From positions 124,001-188,000 of the IMG/VR virus record IMGVR_UViG_3300014494_000005: a DNA stretch of 64,000 bases. The stretch is one strand, 5' to 3'. The translations under genes were made by a program, and so were the position numbers. Shown here in pieces: positions 28,234 through 39,205 of this stretch (the first letter of the stretch is position 1; every line of letters begins with the position of its first letter). The notes below the pieces were generated by a model. That model had not been told where the DNA came from, did not search any database, and worked only from the letters and a program-made list of their open reading frames with translations.

Positions 28234-28789
28234 TTATTATAAAATAATCATACTGTCCCATTTGTATATCCAATTCTTTTGTTCTAATTTTTTGAATTGA
28301 TATTGCATATGGCTTTGCCATCTCAATAAATTCATGAATATCTTTATAACCAATTGATATAGAATCTGACCAAAAATTACAATGACCTTCCGGTAGTGGG
28401 GCAGAATCATTATATGATTGTTCAAAAGGAATTGTAATAATTAATCTCTTTCTTGTTAATGTCAATAAATTCATAAATGCTTCCTTATAATTAATTAAAT
28501 GTTCTAAAACTTCAGAACATATTACACTTTCAGCATTTTGAATTGGAAATGAATTGAGATTAAATATATTACTGTGATAGTAATTTAATATGGAAAAATA
28601 TTCTTCCATATTTTTTCTAAACTTTTCTGCTGTTTGATAATCTGTCGAATATACTTTATAATTCATTTTAATTAGATGATAATCAATTTTACAATCACCG
28701 CATCCAACAGTTAATACTTCTTTTTCAGTATTATATATTGGTAATGCATCTATTATTGAAACATGTCGTATATCTAATATTGGTATCAT
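28205..28789 (-). CDS. Class I SAM-dependent methyltransferase
   Basis: VLTVGCG, VICSEVLEHL, LIITIP. Confidence 0.8.
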   Translation of the reverse strand: MIPILDIRHVSIIDALPIYNTEKEVLTVGCGDCKIDYHLIKMNYKVYSTDYQTAEKFRKNMEEYFSILNYYHSNIFNLNSFPIQNAESVICSEVLEHLINYKEAFMNLLTLTRKRLIITIPFEQSYNDSAPLPEGHCNFWSDSISIGYKDIHEFIEMAKPYAISIQKIRTKELDIQMGQYDYFIIIDKNQKYNN

Positions 28790-29550
28790 ATGTTTGGTAT
28801 TGAATAATTTACATTCTCTGTTATTTTATTATTTAGATTTCTTACTCTATTATATACATCAACACCTCTTCCAAAATAAACAAAATCAATATTTTTATCT
28901 AATCCACTACATGCATGATAAAAAACTGAATCTGGAATACAAACTGCAGATGCTCTACGTAATATTTCAAATTGAATATTAATATTGTATTCATCATATT
29001 TAAAAGTTTTACCAATTTCGATAAAATATTTTAAATTCTTTTCTTTTCTCAACCATTTTTCACCAAATCCATTAGGTAAATCTTTAGTAACACCTGCACC
29101 AGTTGTTGTTTGTATAAAACCAAACGGATTTAATCCAACATATTTATTAATAATTTCATTAGTAATCTTTTTTTCTTCATCAGAAATAAATATATCAATA
29201 TGTGTCGATTCTAAAGTCAATCCAAGTAATCCTGCATTTTTAAATATCTTATGTATTGGTGGTGGTTGATTTAAAAATATTGAAATTAAATCATTTTGTG
29301 CTGCAATTATTTCTCCAGCTTTTTCTACTTCAACGAAACCAATATTTGCATTATCATAATCATTCCAAGGGTCTTGTACATAAAATATTTTATCCACATA
29401 TGGATTATTTGCAAAAATTTTAGAAGATTCAAATCTTTTCATTATTGCAACATTAACCCTTGTATTATTTTTTCTATACCATTCTCTTAATGATGGAGTT
29501 AGCATCAAACAATCCCCCAAACCATGTGGATATGTTATTAAAATATTCAT
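28786..29550 (-). CDS. GT9 (heptosyltransferase)-like glycosyltransferase
   Basis: HGLGDCLMLTP, NNPYVD, DSVFYHAC. Confidence 0.7.
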   Translation of the reverse strand: MNILITYPHGLGDCLMLTPSLREWYRKNNTRVNVAIMKRFESSKIFANNPYVDKIFYVQDPWNDYDNANIGFVEVEKAGEIIAAQNDLISIFLNQPPPIHKIFKNAGLLGLTLESTHIDIFISDEEKKITNEIINKYVGLNPFGFIQTTTGAGVTKDLPNGFGEKWLRKEKNLKYFIEIGKTFKYDEYNINIQFEILRRASAVCIPDSVFYHACSGLDKNIDFVYFGRGVDVYNRVRNLNNKITENVNYSIPNI

Positions 29551-30242
29551 TTTTTATATTTATTAAGTAATTCATCATCTATTGCACAAATTAGATGTTT
29601 TTTATTTTCATAATCTTTATAATTAAACCATCCTTTTTCATAAATATTTAATTGTATTGTCAAATCAACCATCTTATGACAAATTACTATAGAATTATCA
29701 TTTTTACTTTCTTGCATATTATTAATTTCAAAATCCCATGCAGTATAATTCGGTTTTAACATTTTTTTAAAATATTCTGTTCTCCAAATTGATGGTTTCA
29801 ATGTTGTTCTGTAGTCCATTTCTTTATGAAGTGATAATGAACTATTAGTAAATTGTGAAGAACCAATTAACATGTTATTTGGAAGTGCACCAAGAATATA
29901 TTTATCAAATCGTTTTTTTTCTATTTCTGCTTCATCAAATACATTAAACAATTTTTCAATTTCTGTTGGTCTAATAAAAAATAAATCATCTAATAATATA
30001 CAAACAAATTCACTTTTAATTTTATCAAAATATGGTATAAGTGCATTTGTCCAATAACTTCCAAAATTATTTTGGTCGCCCAATGAATGAAAAATAAAAT
30101 TATTTGGTAATTCATTTGATGGCAATGTGTAACCTAAAATAGTTACAAAAATATTATCACTCCAATATTTATTAAAAAATTTAGCATAATCTTCCATTAA
30201 ATGAACATACTTATCACAAGTTATTACAAAAAATTCAATCAT
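29547..30242 (-). CDS. Putative GT-A glycosyltransferase
   Basis: ILLDDLF (DxD-like), PSIWR, AWDFE; cluster context. Confidence 0.55.
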   Translation of the reverse strand: MIEFFVITCDKYVHLMEDYAKFFNKYWSDNIFVTILGYTLPSNELPNNFIFHSLGDQNNFGSYWTNALIPYFDKIKSEFVCILLDDLFFIRPTEIEKLFNVFDEAEIEKKRFDKYILGALPNNMLIGSSQFTNSSLSLHKEMDYRTTLKPSIWRTEYFKKMLKPNYTAWDFEINNMQESKNDNSIVICHKMVDLTIQLNIYEKGWFNYKDYENKKHLICAIDDELLNKYKK

Positions 30243-30928
30243 ATTAATTTAAATAAAAAATCTTTATGTGTTCCTTCTATTTTTCTTGATGTTAAACTAA
30301 CAATATTATATTTTAATAATAAATCAATTACTTCTTGAGCAAGACAATGATTTGGTGCTTCTCTATAATCTCTTAATTCCATATTAAGTCCAGTAATTAA
30401 ATTATTTTCTAAAGTTTTTTGTGCCCCATATAACATATCTAATTCACTTCCTTCAATATCTGCCCAAATAAATATTTTTTTATTTAAAAGATTATATTCA
30501 TCAACAATCTTATCTATTGTAACACTATTTAATTTAACCTTTTTATATGCATTATTGTTTTCAGCATCTCCACCATAAAGCCAAAAATCTGATTTGCCAC
30601 CATCTTCATATCCCATATAACCTTCGATTTCTTCACAGTTTTTTCCAACAACTAATTTTAATAAATTTCCGGGATATAAATTACTTTTTAATATTTCATA
30701 TCTTTCATTTTGTGGTTCAAAACCAATAATTACACAATTTGGTTTTAAATCTCTTACAGACCATGCTTCCGACCCAACATTACCTACACCGCAATCAATG
30801 AAACAATCAAAATCAATAACATTAATAATTTCAAGTATTTCGCTATGATGAGTTCTATCAGTTTGTTTATAGTTTTTTATTCTATTCCAATCCCATAATC
30901 TTTGATTTTTTATTGAATCATTATTCAT
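30239..30928 (-). CDS. FkbM-family methyltransferase
   Basis: IDCGVG, IGFEP, VTIDKIV, WADIEGSE; ORF-track start 30955 also possible. Confidence 0.8.
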   Translation of the reverse strand: MNNDSIKNQRLWDWNRIKNYKQTDRTHHSEILEIINVIDFDCFIDCGVGNVGSEAWSVRDLKPNCVIIGFEPQNERYEILKSNLYPGNLLKLVVGKNCEEIEGYMGYEDGGKSDFWLYGGDAENNNAYKKVKLNSVTIDKIVDEYNLLNKKIFIWADIEGSELDMLYGAQKTLENNLITGLNMELRDYREAPNHCLAQEVIDLLLKYNIVSLTSRKIEGTHKDFLFKLI

Positions 30929-31770
30929 ATTTTTTCTAAAATTTTTTTTGCCCAATTTATTCTATCAAACTTCAATACTGTTAAATATCCTTGTTCTGCA
31001 ATTTTCAATCTTTCATCTTCATGCCCAAGATAATATTTTATTTTATTTCGTAATTCTTCAACATTTATGAATATATCAAAATCTTGACCAACAGTAAAAT
31101 CATTTTCCATTGAAGTCCAAGGTTCTGTTAATAAGAATCCTTTACTGGCAAGTATTTTATATGTTCTATCTGAAGTACCACCTTCCGTAAAATTTAAATT
31201 AATTTTTGTCTGTGAAACTACTTTAGAATGTTCGGCACTATATGCTTCAATTATTGGAAAATTGATTGCTTTATGATATTTAAATCTATTATTTCTAAGA
31301 TTACCAATAAATGATACATCATATAAATAAGGTAATTTTATTGGATAATTACATAAATGGTCATAACCTTCTTGTAAGAAGAATACTTTATCACCACCAA
31401 CTTGTTTTGCTGCTACATATGAATCCCAAATTGAACAAAAAATTAAATTACATTTCTGAATTTTTTCAATCAACATTTCATTATAATTTGCATTCATAGT
31501 ATCCATATACCATAAAACCGTTTTAGAAATTTTATTACATTCATCAACCACCCAACTCATTATTTCATTACATTTACTGAATACCACAGCATTAGGTTTT
31601 TCTTCTTGACATAATTGAATTAATCGTCTATCACGTTCATAATCACCATATTTTTCGCCAATTTCTCTATAATTAAATTCTAATACTTCACAACCATTTT
31701 TTCTAAATCCATCTGCTTGTGATACATTAGTTGAATTAAGATTAAAAACTGCTGCAAATATTATTTTCAT
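30925..31770 (-). CDS. CgeB/Glyco_trans_1_2-like glycosyltransferase
   Basis: DVSFIG, TKINLN, SDRTYKILASKGFLLT, YYLGHEDERLKIAEQG; ORF-track start 31788 possible. Confidence 0.8.
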   Translation of the reverse strand: MKIIFAAVFNLNSTNVSQADGFRKNGCEVLEFNYREIGEKYGDYERDRRLIQLCQEEKPNAVVFSKCNEIMSWVVDECNKISKTVLWYMDTMNANYNEMLIEKIQKCNLIFCSIWDSYVAAKQVGGDKVFFLQEGYDHLCNYPIKLPYLYDVSFIGNLRNNRFKYHKAINFPIIEAYSAEHSKVVSQTKINLNFTEGGTSDRTYKILASKGFLLTEPWTSMENDFTVGQDFDIFINVEELRNKIKYYLGHEDERLKIAEQGYLTVLKFDRINWAKKILEKI

Positions 31771-31771
31771 T

Positions 31772-32611
31772 TTATTTAAGAATTTCAACTATTTTATTAT
31801 AAATAAAATTAACTTTTGGATTCCAACCCATTTCCGAATAAAAATATACTGGAGTATTATGGGGATTCCAATATTTTGTATATCTATTTCGATTATATTC
31901 TTCTGACCAAACTAAATGTGGTGTACCGCAAAGGCTTGCTAAATGAAGTGGTCCTGATGATTGTCCAACAACTAATTTACAATTATTCATCAAAGCAACA
32001 GTATTCTCAATTGGTATATTTCTAAAATCCTTAACACCTTTGAGTTCAAAAGTTTCAGTAGTACCAATAATACCAACAATATATTTTTCAGATAATAATT
32101 GTATAAGTGATTGCCAACTATTTAAATCCCAATTTCTATGATTTCCAACTTCTCTATTTCTCGGATGTACAAGAATATCAACTTTTTCACATGGTAAATC
32201 GGATTTATACTTAATGTAATGTTGTCCTAAAAATCTATCATCAAATAATGAAAGATAACCAGAACCATTCATTTCAAAACCAATATTAACTGCTGGTTGC
32301 CTAAAATCATAATTAATGCCATTAATTTGAGATAATAAATATTCCTCATTAATACCAGCACAAGACCAACCATCAAATTGTAAATTATTGGGTGGTAAAT
32401 TAATTATATGATATTCATCACAAAAATCTCGATATAAAAATTCATGACCTGCTTTACTTACTACAATAGTTTTTTTAAATTCTTTTGATAATCTACGAAT
32501 AAATCCTTGCCAACAGCAAAGTTCCCATCCAAATTCACCTATCCAAGGACCAGCTAATAATATTTTTTCACTATTTGGTTTAATTTCGAAAGTTGTTCCT
32601 GCAATAACCAT
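31772..32611 (-). CDS. GT9-like glycosyltransferase
   Basis: GPWIGEFGWEL, RNW..W, VVGQSSGPLHLASLCG; likely start 32611. Confidence 0.7.
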   Translation of the reverse strand: MVIAGTTFEIKPNSEKILLAGPWIGEFGWELCCWQGFIRRLSKEFKKTIVVSKAGHEFLYRDFCDEYHIINLPPNNLQFDGWSCAGINEEYLLSQINGINYDFRQPAVNIGFEMNGSGYLSLFDDRFLGQHYIKYKSDLPCEKVDILVHPRNREVGNHRNWDLNSWQSLIQLLSEKYIVGIIGTTETFELKGVKDFRNIPIENTVALMNNCKLVVGQSSGPLHLASLCGTPHLVWSEEYNRNRYTKYWNPHNTPVYFYSEMGWNPKVNFIYNKIVEILK

Positions 32612-32612
32612 A

Positions 32613-35123
32613 TTAATTAATTGTTTTAATTCCAATATTATTTGCTGTTGATTTTTCTCTTTTTTGCCTATCAAATACAACAACACTATCATAAAAATGA
32701 ATTCCCGTTGTGTTTTTTGTAAATTCTGTTACTTTTAATTCAGGTGCTTCGCTATAAAAAGAATGAAGTTCATCAATTAAATTCTTAGTATATTCTATAA
32801 ATGTTAATGATTTCTTATAACCACCATTATAACGTGCCCAATAATTAGTATGAAGGTCTTCACATAAATATACACCACCATCATTTAATGCGCCATATAA
32901 TTCTTGAAAACTAATTATTTGTTGATGCATATAATGTCCACCATCATCAATAATAATATCAAATTTACCTTCAGATTTAATTAGTTCATGTAAAAAATTG
33001 GTATCAGCTTGGTCACCAATATAAATTTTAATTCTTTCTTCTTCAAATTTTTTACAACGAGGTTCAATATCGACACCAATAATTTCTGCTTGGTCACCAA
33101 AATATTCTTTCCACATTTTAAGTGAACCACCTTGCCAAATACCAATTTCTAACACTTTTATTTTTTTTCCAACAAAAGAACTAAAATGCCTTTCATAAAT
33201 ATCAAAATAATGTAACCATTTATCTATCATATTTCTATTTTGATTTGAATTAAAATAATCAATTAGTTTCATAGAATTTAATTTATTTAATAATTTTATT
33301 TTTATAAGTATTATTCCACCATTTATTACATCATTTGCAAATACAAGTGCTTCATCACCTTCTGACCATGACATTAAATAATCACGTATCTTTTTCATAC
33401 TAATAGTTACATAAGAATCATCAGTTGTTGATGCTACACTATTATTTATTTTAACGGAAAAAGAATTTTTTAAATATGTATAATGATGCATATACATTTC
33501 AGATATTTTATATGTACCTTCATTCATTTTTCTAACGGAGTCTACCAATACGGAAGATTTTGTAACTTCAAATTTTCTATTATCAATTTTAAGTACACTT
33601 GCTACAAAATATGTATCTTTAAAATAATGATTTTCATCATAATAATACGAATAAATTGGAGAATATAATGTATCTATATTATTATCATACATGAAATTAA
33701 TTTCGGATATTAATTCATTTACATTATATCTTTCATCTGAATCCATTGGCATTATGAACGTGCAATCATTTTTTTTACAATAATCTAAACCAATATTTCT
33801 TTTATTTAAAACACCTTGCTGTATATCTTTATCATTAATATCATAATAAACAATATCATTAACCAATTTATTATTTAATAAACGCTCTAAAATTTGTTTA
33901 TTTTCTTCTGGTTCTAAATTTCCTATAAACCCAATTTTTTGATGAACGATAACAATATAATCAACATAATTTTTAATTGATTTTATCGACTTCTCAATTA
34001 ATTCTAAGCCATAAAATGTATTATAAGCAACACCAACTTTAAATCTTTTATATTCTTTATTTTTAAATCTTTTAGATATATTATTATTTTTCCATATATT
34101 ATTTTTTAGTAATAGATTAATCTTTTTAAACATATCTCGTTCATTATCAAACTCATATATTAAATTACCAAAATAATTTCTTTTTGATTTTTCTGACACA
34201 ATTACACTACCATTAATTAATAATTCAAAAAGTCTAACTTGTTCTTGTAAATTAGATTCATAATAGTGTAAATTAACAATAATTTTTGAATTAAAAACAT
34301 ATTTATATAAATCATCACCAAATACTGAATGATTCATACATTTTCCAAAATTATAATTTTTATACTTATTACAATCAACTTCAGGAGCAAGTATACAAAT
34401 TTTATATTTATCATATAATAATGATAATATTTTTGCTCTTTTATCATTAACTGAACCTAAAAATAATAATTCATATTCTGGATTTGTTATATTATTTGTT
34501 CTAATTAATTCTGATACGTATTCTAAAGGAACATGAATTATATTATTAAATCCTTCTGCTTTTAAAAAATTAATATTATCTAAATCATAATCCCAAATTT
34601 CATCACATTCACTTAATGATTTTTGTATATGTTTTGTTCTATTAACAACTTCTCCATTTTTACTATTTATATTGTACCATTGACTTTTATTATCATAAAG
34701 TTGCTCTAATTGATATATAACAATTTTATAATTTGGATATTTTTCTCGATATTCTGAAATATTAAAATCTATATTGTAACTTAAAATAACTAATGTGTTA
34801 TTATATTTAAATTGATTTTGAAATTTAGATAATACCATCGTTCTCACACCTTCAAAAGGATTGTATTTTGTTTTTCGTGTGATAATACATTCCAATGGAC
34901 AATTAGGTAATTGAATGAATGTTTTTTTAGGAATTTGAATATTATGGAAATTACCACCTCTTAATTTAGTACGTTCATCATTAGATAATTTAATATCTGG
35001 TCTTGTAATATCATTATTCATTTTTAATTCATTTTTTTTACTATCAATAAAGGCATGTTGATTCTGATGAATTTCAATTCTTTTTTTTATTGTTCTTTTT
35101 ACTTCATTTCTTGTTTTTTTCAT
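32613..35123 (-). CDS. Multidomain glycosyltransferase(s) + C-terminal SAM methyltransferase
   Basis: LFLGS..R, SKIIVNLH..RL (GT-B-like); MDSDERY (GT-A-like); DKWLHYF..VLEIGIWQGGS..IIIDDGGH..EDLH. Confidence 0.8.
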   Translation of the reverse strand: MKKTRNEVKRTIKKRIEIHQNQHAFIDSKKNELKMNNDITRPDIKLSNDERTKLRGGNFHNIQIPKKTFIQLPNCPLECIITRKTKYNPFEGVRTMVLSKFQNQFKYNNTLVILSYNIDFNISEYREKYPNYKIVIYQLEQLYDNKSQWYNINSKNGEVVNRTKHIQKSLSECDEIWDYDLDNINFLKAEGFNNIIHVPLEYVSELIRTNNITNPEYELLFLGSVNDKRAKILSLLYDKYKICILAPEVDCNKYKNYNFGKCMNHSVFGDDLYKYVFNSKIIVNLHYYESNLQEQVRLFELLINGSVIVSEKSKRNYFGNLIYEFDNERDMFKKINLLLKNNIWKNNNISKRFKNKEYKRFKVGVAYNTFYGLELIEKSIKSIKNYVDYIVIVHQKIGFIGNLEPEENKQILERLLNNKLVNDIVYYDINDKDIQQGVLNKRNIGLDYCKKNDCTFIMPMDSDERYNVNELISEINFMYDNNIDTLYSPIYSYYYDENHYFKDTYFVASVLKIDNRKFEVTKSSVLVDSVRKMNEGTYKISEMYMHHYTYLKNSFSVKINNSVASTTDDSYVTISMKKIRDYLMSWSEGDEALVFANDVINGGIILIKIKLLNKLNSMKLIDYFNSNQNRNMIDKWLHYFDIYERHFSSFVGKKIKVLEIGIWQGGSLKMWKEYFGDQAEIIGVDIEPRCKKFEEERIKIYIGDQADTNFLHELIKSEGKFDIIIDDGGHYMHQQIISFQELYGALNDGGVYLCEDLHTNYWARYNGGYKKSLTFIEYTKNLIDELHSFYSEAPELKVTEFTKNTTGIHFYDSVVVFDRQKREKSTANNIGIKTIN

Positions 35124-35929
35124 TTAATAATTCTATCATAATTACTTAACATTATAATTGGTTCAATTTTTTTTAATTTTAAAAATCCCCATTCATTTAA
35201 ACCAACTAAATTATCTTCATTCCAATTGTTATAATAATCAATTTGTTTTTGAATAGCAACATCATTATCATAATTAAGTCTTTTTGCTGCATTTCTTATC
35301 TTACTATCAATATTCTTCCTAACCAATGTCATATGATGCATTTGTATAACATCAGGTTGAAATATAACATATCTATCATAATTAGGTCTTCTTGTTGGGT
35401 CAACAAGTACTGGCGAAGGATAATCTTGTATAAATGAAACATTATTTCCTTTAATTGGAAAAAATAAACTAACCATAGTATCGTGTGGTTTATCAATTAA
35501 ATACGAGGAAGATTTATAATAATCATTATAATCTGCAAAACCAACAAAATTTGGATTTTCATCATACCATGCCAATAATTTAGCAAATTGTTCTTCAACA
35601 TAAAATTCATCACAATCCATTGACATATGATGGGTACAATATTTTTTTCTTGATAAATTAATACCAATATTTCTTTTAATAATTTGATTCGAATGAGGTG
35701 AAAGTGTTTGTTGATTTTCATAAAATACTAATTCATCAATTAATCCCTCATTTTTTAAATCGTTTAATATTTCTATTAAATTTTCAGAACATTTATTTCC
35801 CCAATATGATTCTGTTTGATATACAACCGATATAAATTCAACCAAATCTCTTATTTGAAGTATTGAATCTTTTAGTAATTCTTGTCCATCAAAAATATTA
35901 TAACATATACCATATTTTGTAAATCCCAT
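35120..35929 (-). CDS. GT2-like glycosyltransferase
   Basis: KRNIG, MSMDCDEFY, VDPTRR, MHHMT; paralog of the middle domain of 32613..35123. Confidence 0.65.
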   Translation of the reverse strand: MGFTKYGICYNIFDGQELLKDSILQIRDLVEFISVVYQTESYWGNKCSENLIEILNDLKNEGLIDELVFYENQQTLSPHSNQIIKRNIGINLSRKKYCTHHMSMDCDEFYVEEQFAKLLAWYDENPNFVGFADYNDYYKSSSYLIDKPHDTMVSLFFPIKGNNVSFIQDYPSPVLVDPTRRPNYDRYVIFQPDVIQMHHMTLVRKNIDSKIRNAAKRLNYDNDVAIQKQIDYYNNWNEDNLVGLNEWGFLKLKKIEPIIMLSNYDRIIK

Positions 35930-35930
35930 A

Positions 35931-37439
35931 TTATTTAATCATTCTAATAATTTTATTTAAAACTTCTTTATTTTTTAGATAAAATGGATGTAATCTTTCA
36001 AAATAATCACTATTTAATTTTTCTAATTTATCATTACTTCTATCTCTTGACATTGATTCATAATGATATGCAACTGCATCACAAACTGTAATATTTTTCT
36101 TACCTTTAATAAGACAATTCAAATTCAATTCAACATCTTCAAAACATTCAATATATGATTCATTAAAATATCCAATATCAATAAATACTTGTTTATTAAT
36201 CAATAAAAATGCTCCTGTATTTCCTAACGAATTATAATTTATTCCAGTAAAATAATTATTTGTTTTTCTAAGGTCAGTATGTGTTAAATGTATATTATCG
36301 GTTGTATCTCTAACAATTGCAATTCCACAATGCTGTACACTGGCATCTGCGAAATGCAATCTAATTCCAATTGTACCAACATTTTCTTTATTTGCATTAT
36401 AAATTTCGACACACCTACTTAATACATCATTTAATAATTTAACATCATCATTACAAAATAAAATTAATTCAGTATCTTCAGATACATGATTTCTCACCAT
36501 ATCATTATTTATTTTACCAAAATTATACCAATCATATTGAATTAATTTAACTTTATCACTTAATATCTCCGAATATCTATTAATAACATTAGGACTACTA
36601 CCAGTATCAGCAATAAGTATTTCATAATTATAATAATTAACACAATCATTCCATGAATTAACATTATTTTTAATTAAATTAAAATTATTTTTTGTTGGTA
36701 TAATTACACTAACTTTAGGTGTTTCTTTTAATTTAATATTAAATTCTTTATATTGTGGTGGTAATGATAATGGTAACTCATCTTTATATTTATTTGCAAA
36801 TTGAATTCTACTATTCTCCCATTCTTGATTGGTCATGCCTATTGATTTATGTAAAATTCTTATTGAAGTGGTTACTCCTATATTACAACCATCAAGGTAG
36901 TTAGGTATTACCATTGAAATTTCGTAAAAATGAAACCCTTTAAATTCTTCATCAAATTTATGCACAATATTATTACAATCAATTGCCATAAACACACCAT
37001 CAATAACTACTACTTCTTTTACATTTGGTATTTCCTTTGAATATTCGCTAACCCAAGTACTTATTCCATTCGTATGCTCTACTATCCCAAACATTTTAGT
37101 TTTATCGGTCCACCAACAGCCATTTTCGTGAAGAAAAGTTGTACCAGCTATTCCAATAATATCAAAATTAGTATTATTAAATTTATTTAATAATATTTTA
37201 CCCCAATTTTTTGTTTTTATTAAAACATCCGGATGTAGGAATACCATAATAACATTATCTTTATTATAATCGACAATTGCTTTATTATATATTGAAGTTA
37301 ATGAATATTGATTATAATTAGTGTAGCACACAACATCATGGTTAACACCAATAGTGTTATGAATATGATTTATAAATTCATTATTCTTTTCATCACCTAA
37401 ATGTGATGAAAATACTACTATTATTTTATTTTTTATCAT
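35931..37439 (-). CDS. Double-domain GT2 glycosyltransferase
   Basis: FLHPDV, IDGVF, FHFY; second domain VSVIIPTKN, ADTGS, FCNDDV, EDVEL, HYES. Confidence 0.85.
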   Translation of the reverse strand: MIKNKIIVVFSSHLGDEKNNEFINHIHNTIGVNHDVVCYTNYNQYSLTSIYNKAIVDYNKDNVIMVFLHPDVLIKTKNWGKILLNKFNNTNFDIIGIAGTTFLHENGCWWTDKTKMFGIVEHTNGISTWVSEYSKEIPNVKEVVVIDGVFMAIDCNNIVHKFDEEFKGFHFYEISMVIPNYLDGCNIGVTTSIRILHKSIGMTNQEWENSRIQFANKYKDELPLSLPPQYKEFNIKLKETPKVSVIIPTKNNFNLIKNNVNSWNDCVNYYNYEILIADTGSSPNVINRYSEILSDKVKLIQYDWYNFGKINNDMVRNHVSEDTELILFCNDDVKLLNDVLSRCVEIYNANKENVGTIGIRLHFADASVQHCGIAIVRDTTDNIHLTHTDLRKTNNYFTGINYNSLGNTGAFLLINKQVFIDIGYFNESYIECFEDVELNLNCLIKGKKNITVCDAVAYHYESMSRDRSNDKLEKLNSDYFERLHPFYLKNKEVLNKIIRMIK

Positions 37440-37455
37440 ATAAGATTTATTTAAA

Positions 37456-37824
37456 TTATAATAATTTTTTTCTTACTTCTAATAAAGCATCATCAATTCT
37501 TTCGCTCATCCTTTTTAAGTTTGTAAATGATGCTCCATTATTAATTAATATTATATCTTCAAATCTATCTTTAGATATTAAAAATTCAATAACTTCTTCT
37601 TTTGATGGACAATCAAATAAATATTCAAAAAATTTTAAATATTTATTATTGTTTAAATTTACTTCAACAATTAAATTATTATACATAATTGTTTTGTCAA
37701 AATATTCTAAATAACATTTACCATCCTTTTCACGAACTCTTGCTCTTATTTCCCTTTCTATTTCATCATCAGTTAATAGTTTAGGATATATCAATTTATA
37801 AAAATTTAATGATATTATTTTCAC
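37456..37824 (-). CDS. Hypothetical protein
   Basis: 122 aa ORF. Confidence 0.5.
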   Translation of the reverse strand: MKIISLNFYKLIYPKLLTDDEIEREIRARVREKDGKCYLEYFDKTIMYNNLIVEVNLNNNKYLKFFEYLFDCPSKEEVIEFLISKDRFEDIILINNGASFTNLKRMSERIDDALLEVRKKLL

Positions 37825-37876
37825 TAATTTAAAAATTATTTCATCTGAAGTTGGTTTTTATTTAGACCAAAGAGTA

Positions 37877-38257
37877 TTAGAAATTACACCAAGGTCGTAA
37901 TTCCTCCCATCCAAGATTGATTTTCACCCAAGCACCTATAAAATCTCTAATTTGATTGTAATTAAGACCATATTTATCTTCAAAAATCTTCCAAATTAAT
38001 GAATGTCTTATAAGAAAATAATTATCTTTATAATCCAATTTAAATAACCACTCATTGTTCTCATTATAAAAAGTTGTTATTTTTTCACCAGTAATCTTAA
38101 GTGTTGAATTATTAAACACACTGAAAAGAAAATCCTGCATTTCCTTTTCTTTTAGTTTATCTAATTTTAAAATTGTTTTGAATTTAATTACTTCTAATGT
38201 GCTATTTTTTATATCAATTTCAAAACCTTCAGGTGCATTAATCTTAATTTCATTCAT
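37877..38257 (-). CDS. Hypothetical protein
   Basis: 126 aa; IKINAPEGFEID N-terminus. Confidence 0.65.
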   Translation of the reverse strand: MNEIKINAPEGFEIDIKNSTLEVIKFKTILKLDKLKEKEMQDFLFSVFNNSTLKITGEKITTFYNENNEWLFKLDYKDNYFLIRHSLIWKIFEDKYGLNYNQIRDFIGAWVKINLGWEELRPWCNF

Positions 38258-38275
38258 AATATTTATTTTTTTAAT

Positions 38276-39115
38276 TTATTTATTTTCTTTAAGAAATTTA
38301 ATAAAATCTTTTTTTAATGCTTCTCCAATAATTTCATAAATTTCATCAGTCTTAACATTTCCATTGATGGGCAAATCAATCAAAACGGGAAACCCAAATA
38401 TTATTCGTTTAAATTTTCTAAAACTATTGGGATGAGATAGTGTGATGTCTTCTTTATAGAATTTAAATTCATCTACGATATGTGGTTTATCATTATAAAA
38501 CCGAACTTCTATCATGTCATCATTTTCTAACTTAGATATTGTTAAATTCGGGTGTAGCGACTCATTTTCATTATTTGTTAATGCGTATTCATATATAGCA
38601 TTTTTTGATTTTAATTCATCAATATGGAAAAATATTATACTACCAACATCAGTAATACGATTCGTTAAAATACCCTCATATATAATATCATTATCATCAA
38701 TAATTCTACCAGACGTAAATTTTTTATTTAAATAATTGCGAATATTTTCTTTGCTTTTCCAAACTTCGGGATATATTTCTGGTAATGGGTTCAAATCTAA
38801 ATTTAGAAAAACATTTTTTTGTGCACTAATCCATTCTTCATCCTTTTGATGATTATATTCATAACATTCAATGCGTAATTTATTATTATTCACATATATT
38901 GAATGTTCTATATCATATCTATAATTTATTATTGGCTTATTTAACCAACTTAGAGATTCTAATAAATCTTTAAGTACATAACTTGCAGAAATAGTGTCAT
39001 TTTCATTAAGAATTGATTCATTAACTTCATTTAATTTACTAATTAATGTTTGATTCCAATCCTTTTGAAATTTTTCGTTAGAATTTTCTGGCATTAAATA
39101 ATTCCATTTTTCCAT
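38276..39115 (-). CDS. Hypothetical protein
   Basis: 279 aa; promoter TTGACA...TATATTTG at 39156-39186. Confidence 0.65.
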   Translation of the reverse strand: MEKWNYLMPENSNEKFQKDWNQTLISKLNEVNESILNENDTISASYVLKDLLESLSWLNKPIINYRYDIEHSIYVNNNKLRIECYEYNHQKDEEWISAQKNVFLNLDLNPLPEIYPEVWKSKENIRNYLNKKFTSGRIIDDNDIIYEGILTNRITDVGSIIFFHIDELKSKNAIYEYALTNNENESLHPNLTISKLENDDMIEVRFYNDKPHIVDEFKFYKEDITLSHPNSFRKFKRIIFGFPVLIDLPINGNVKTDEIYEIIGEALKKDFIKFLKENK

Positions 39116-39205
39116 GATTATTTTAATTTTATATTAATAATATTTTATATGATTACAAATATATAACATTTAAATTAAATTGTCAAGTATTATTATATTT
39201 CTCCG

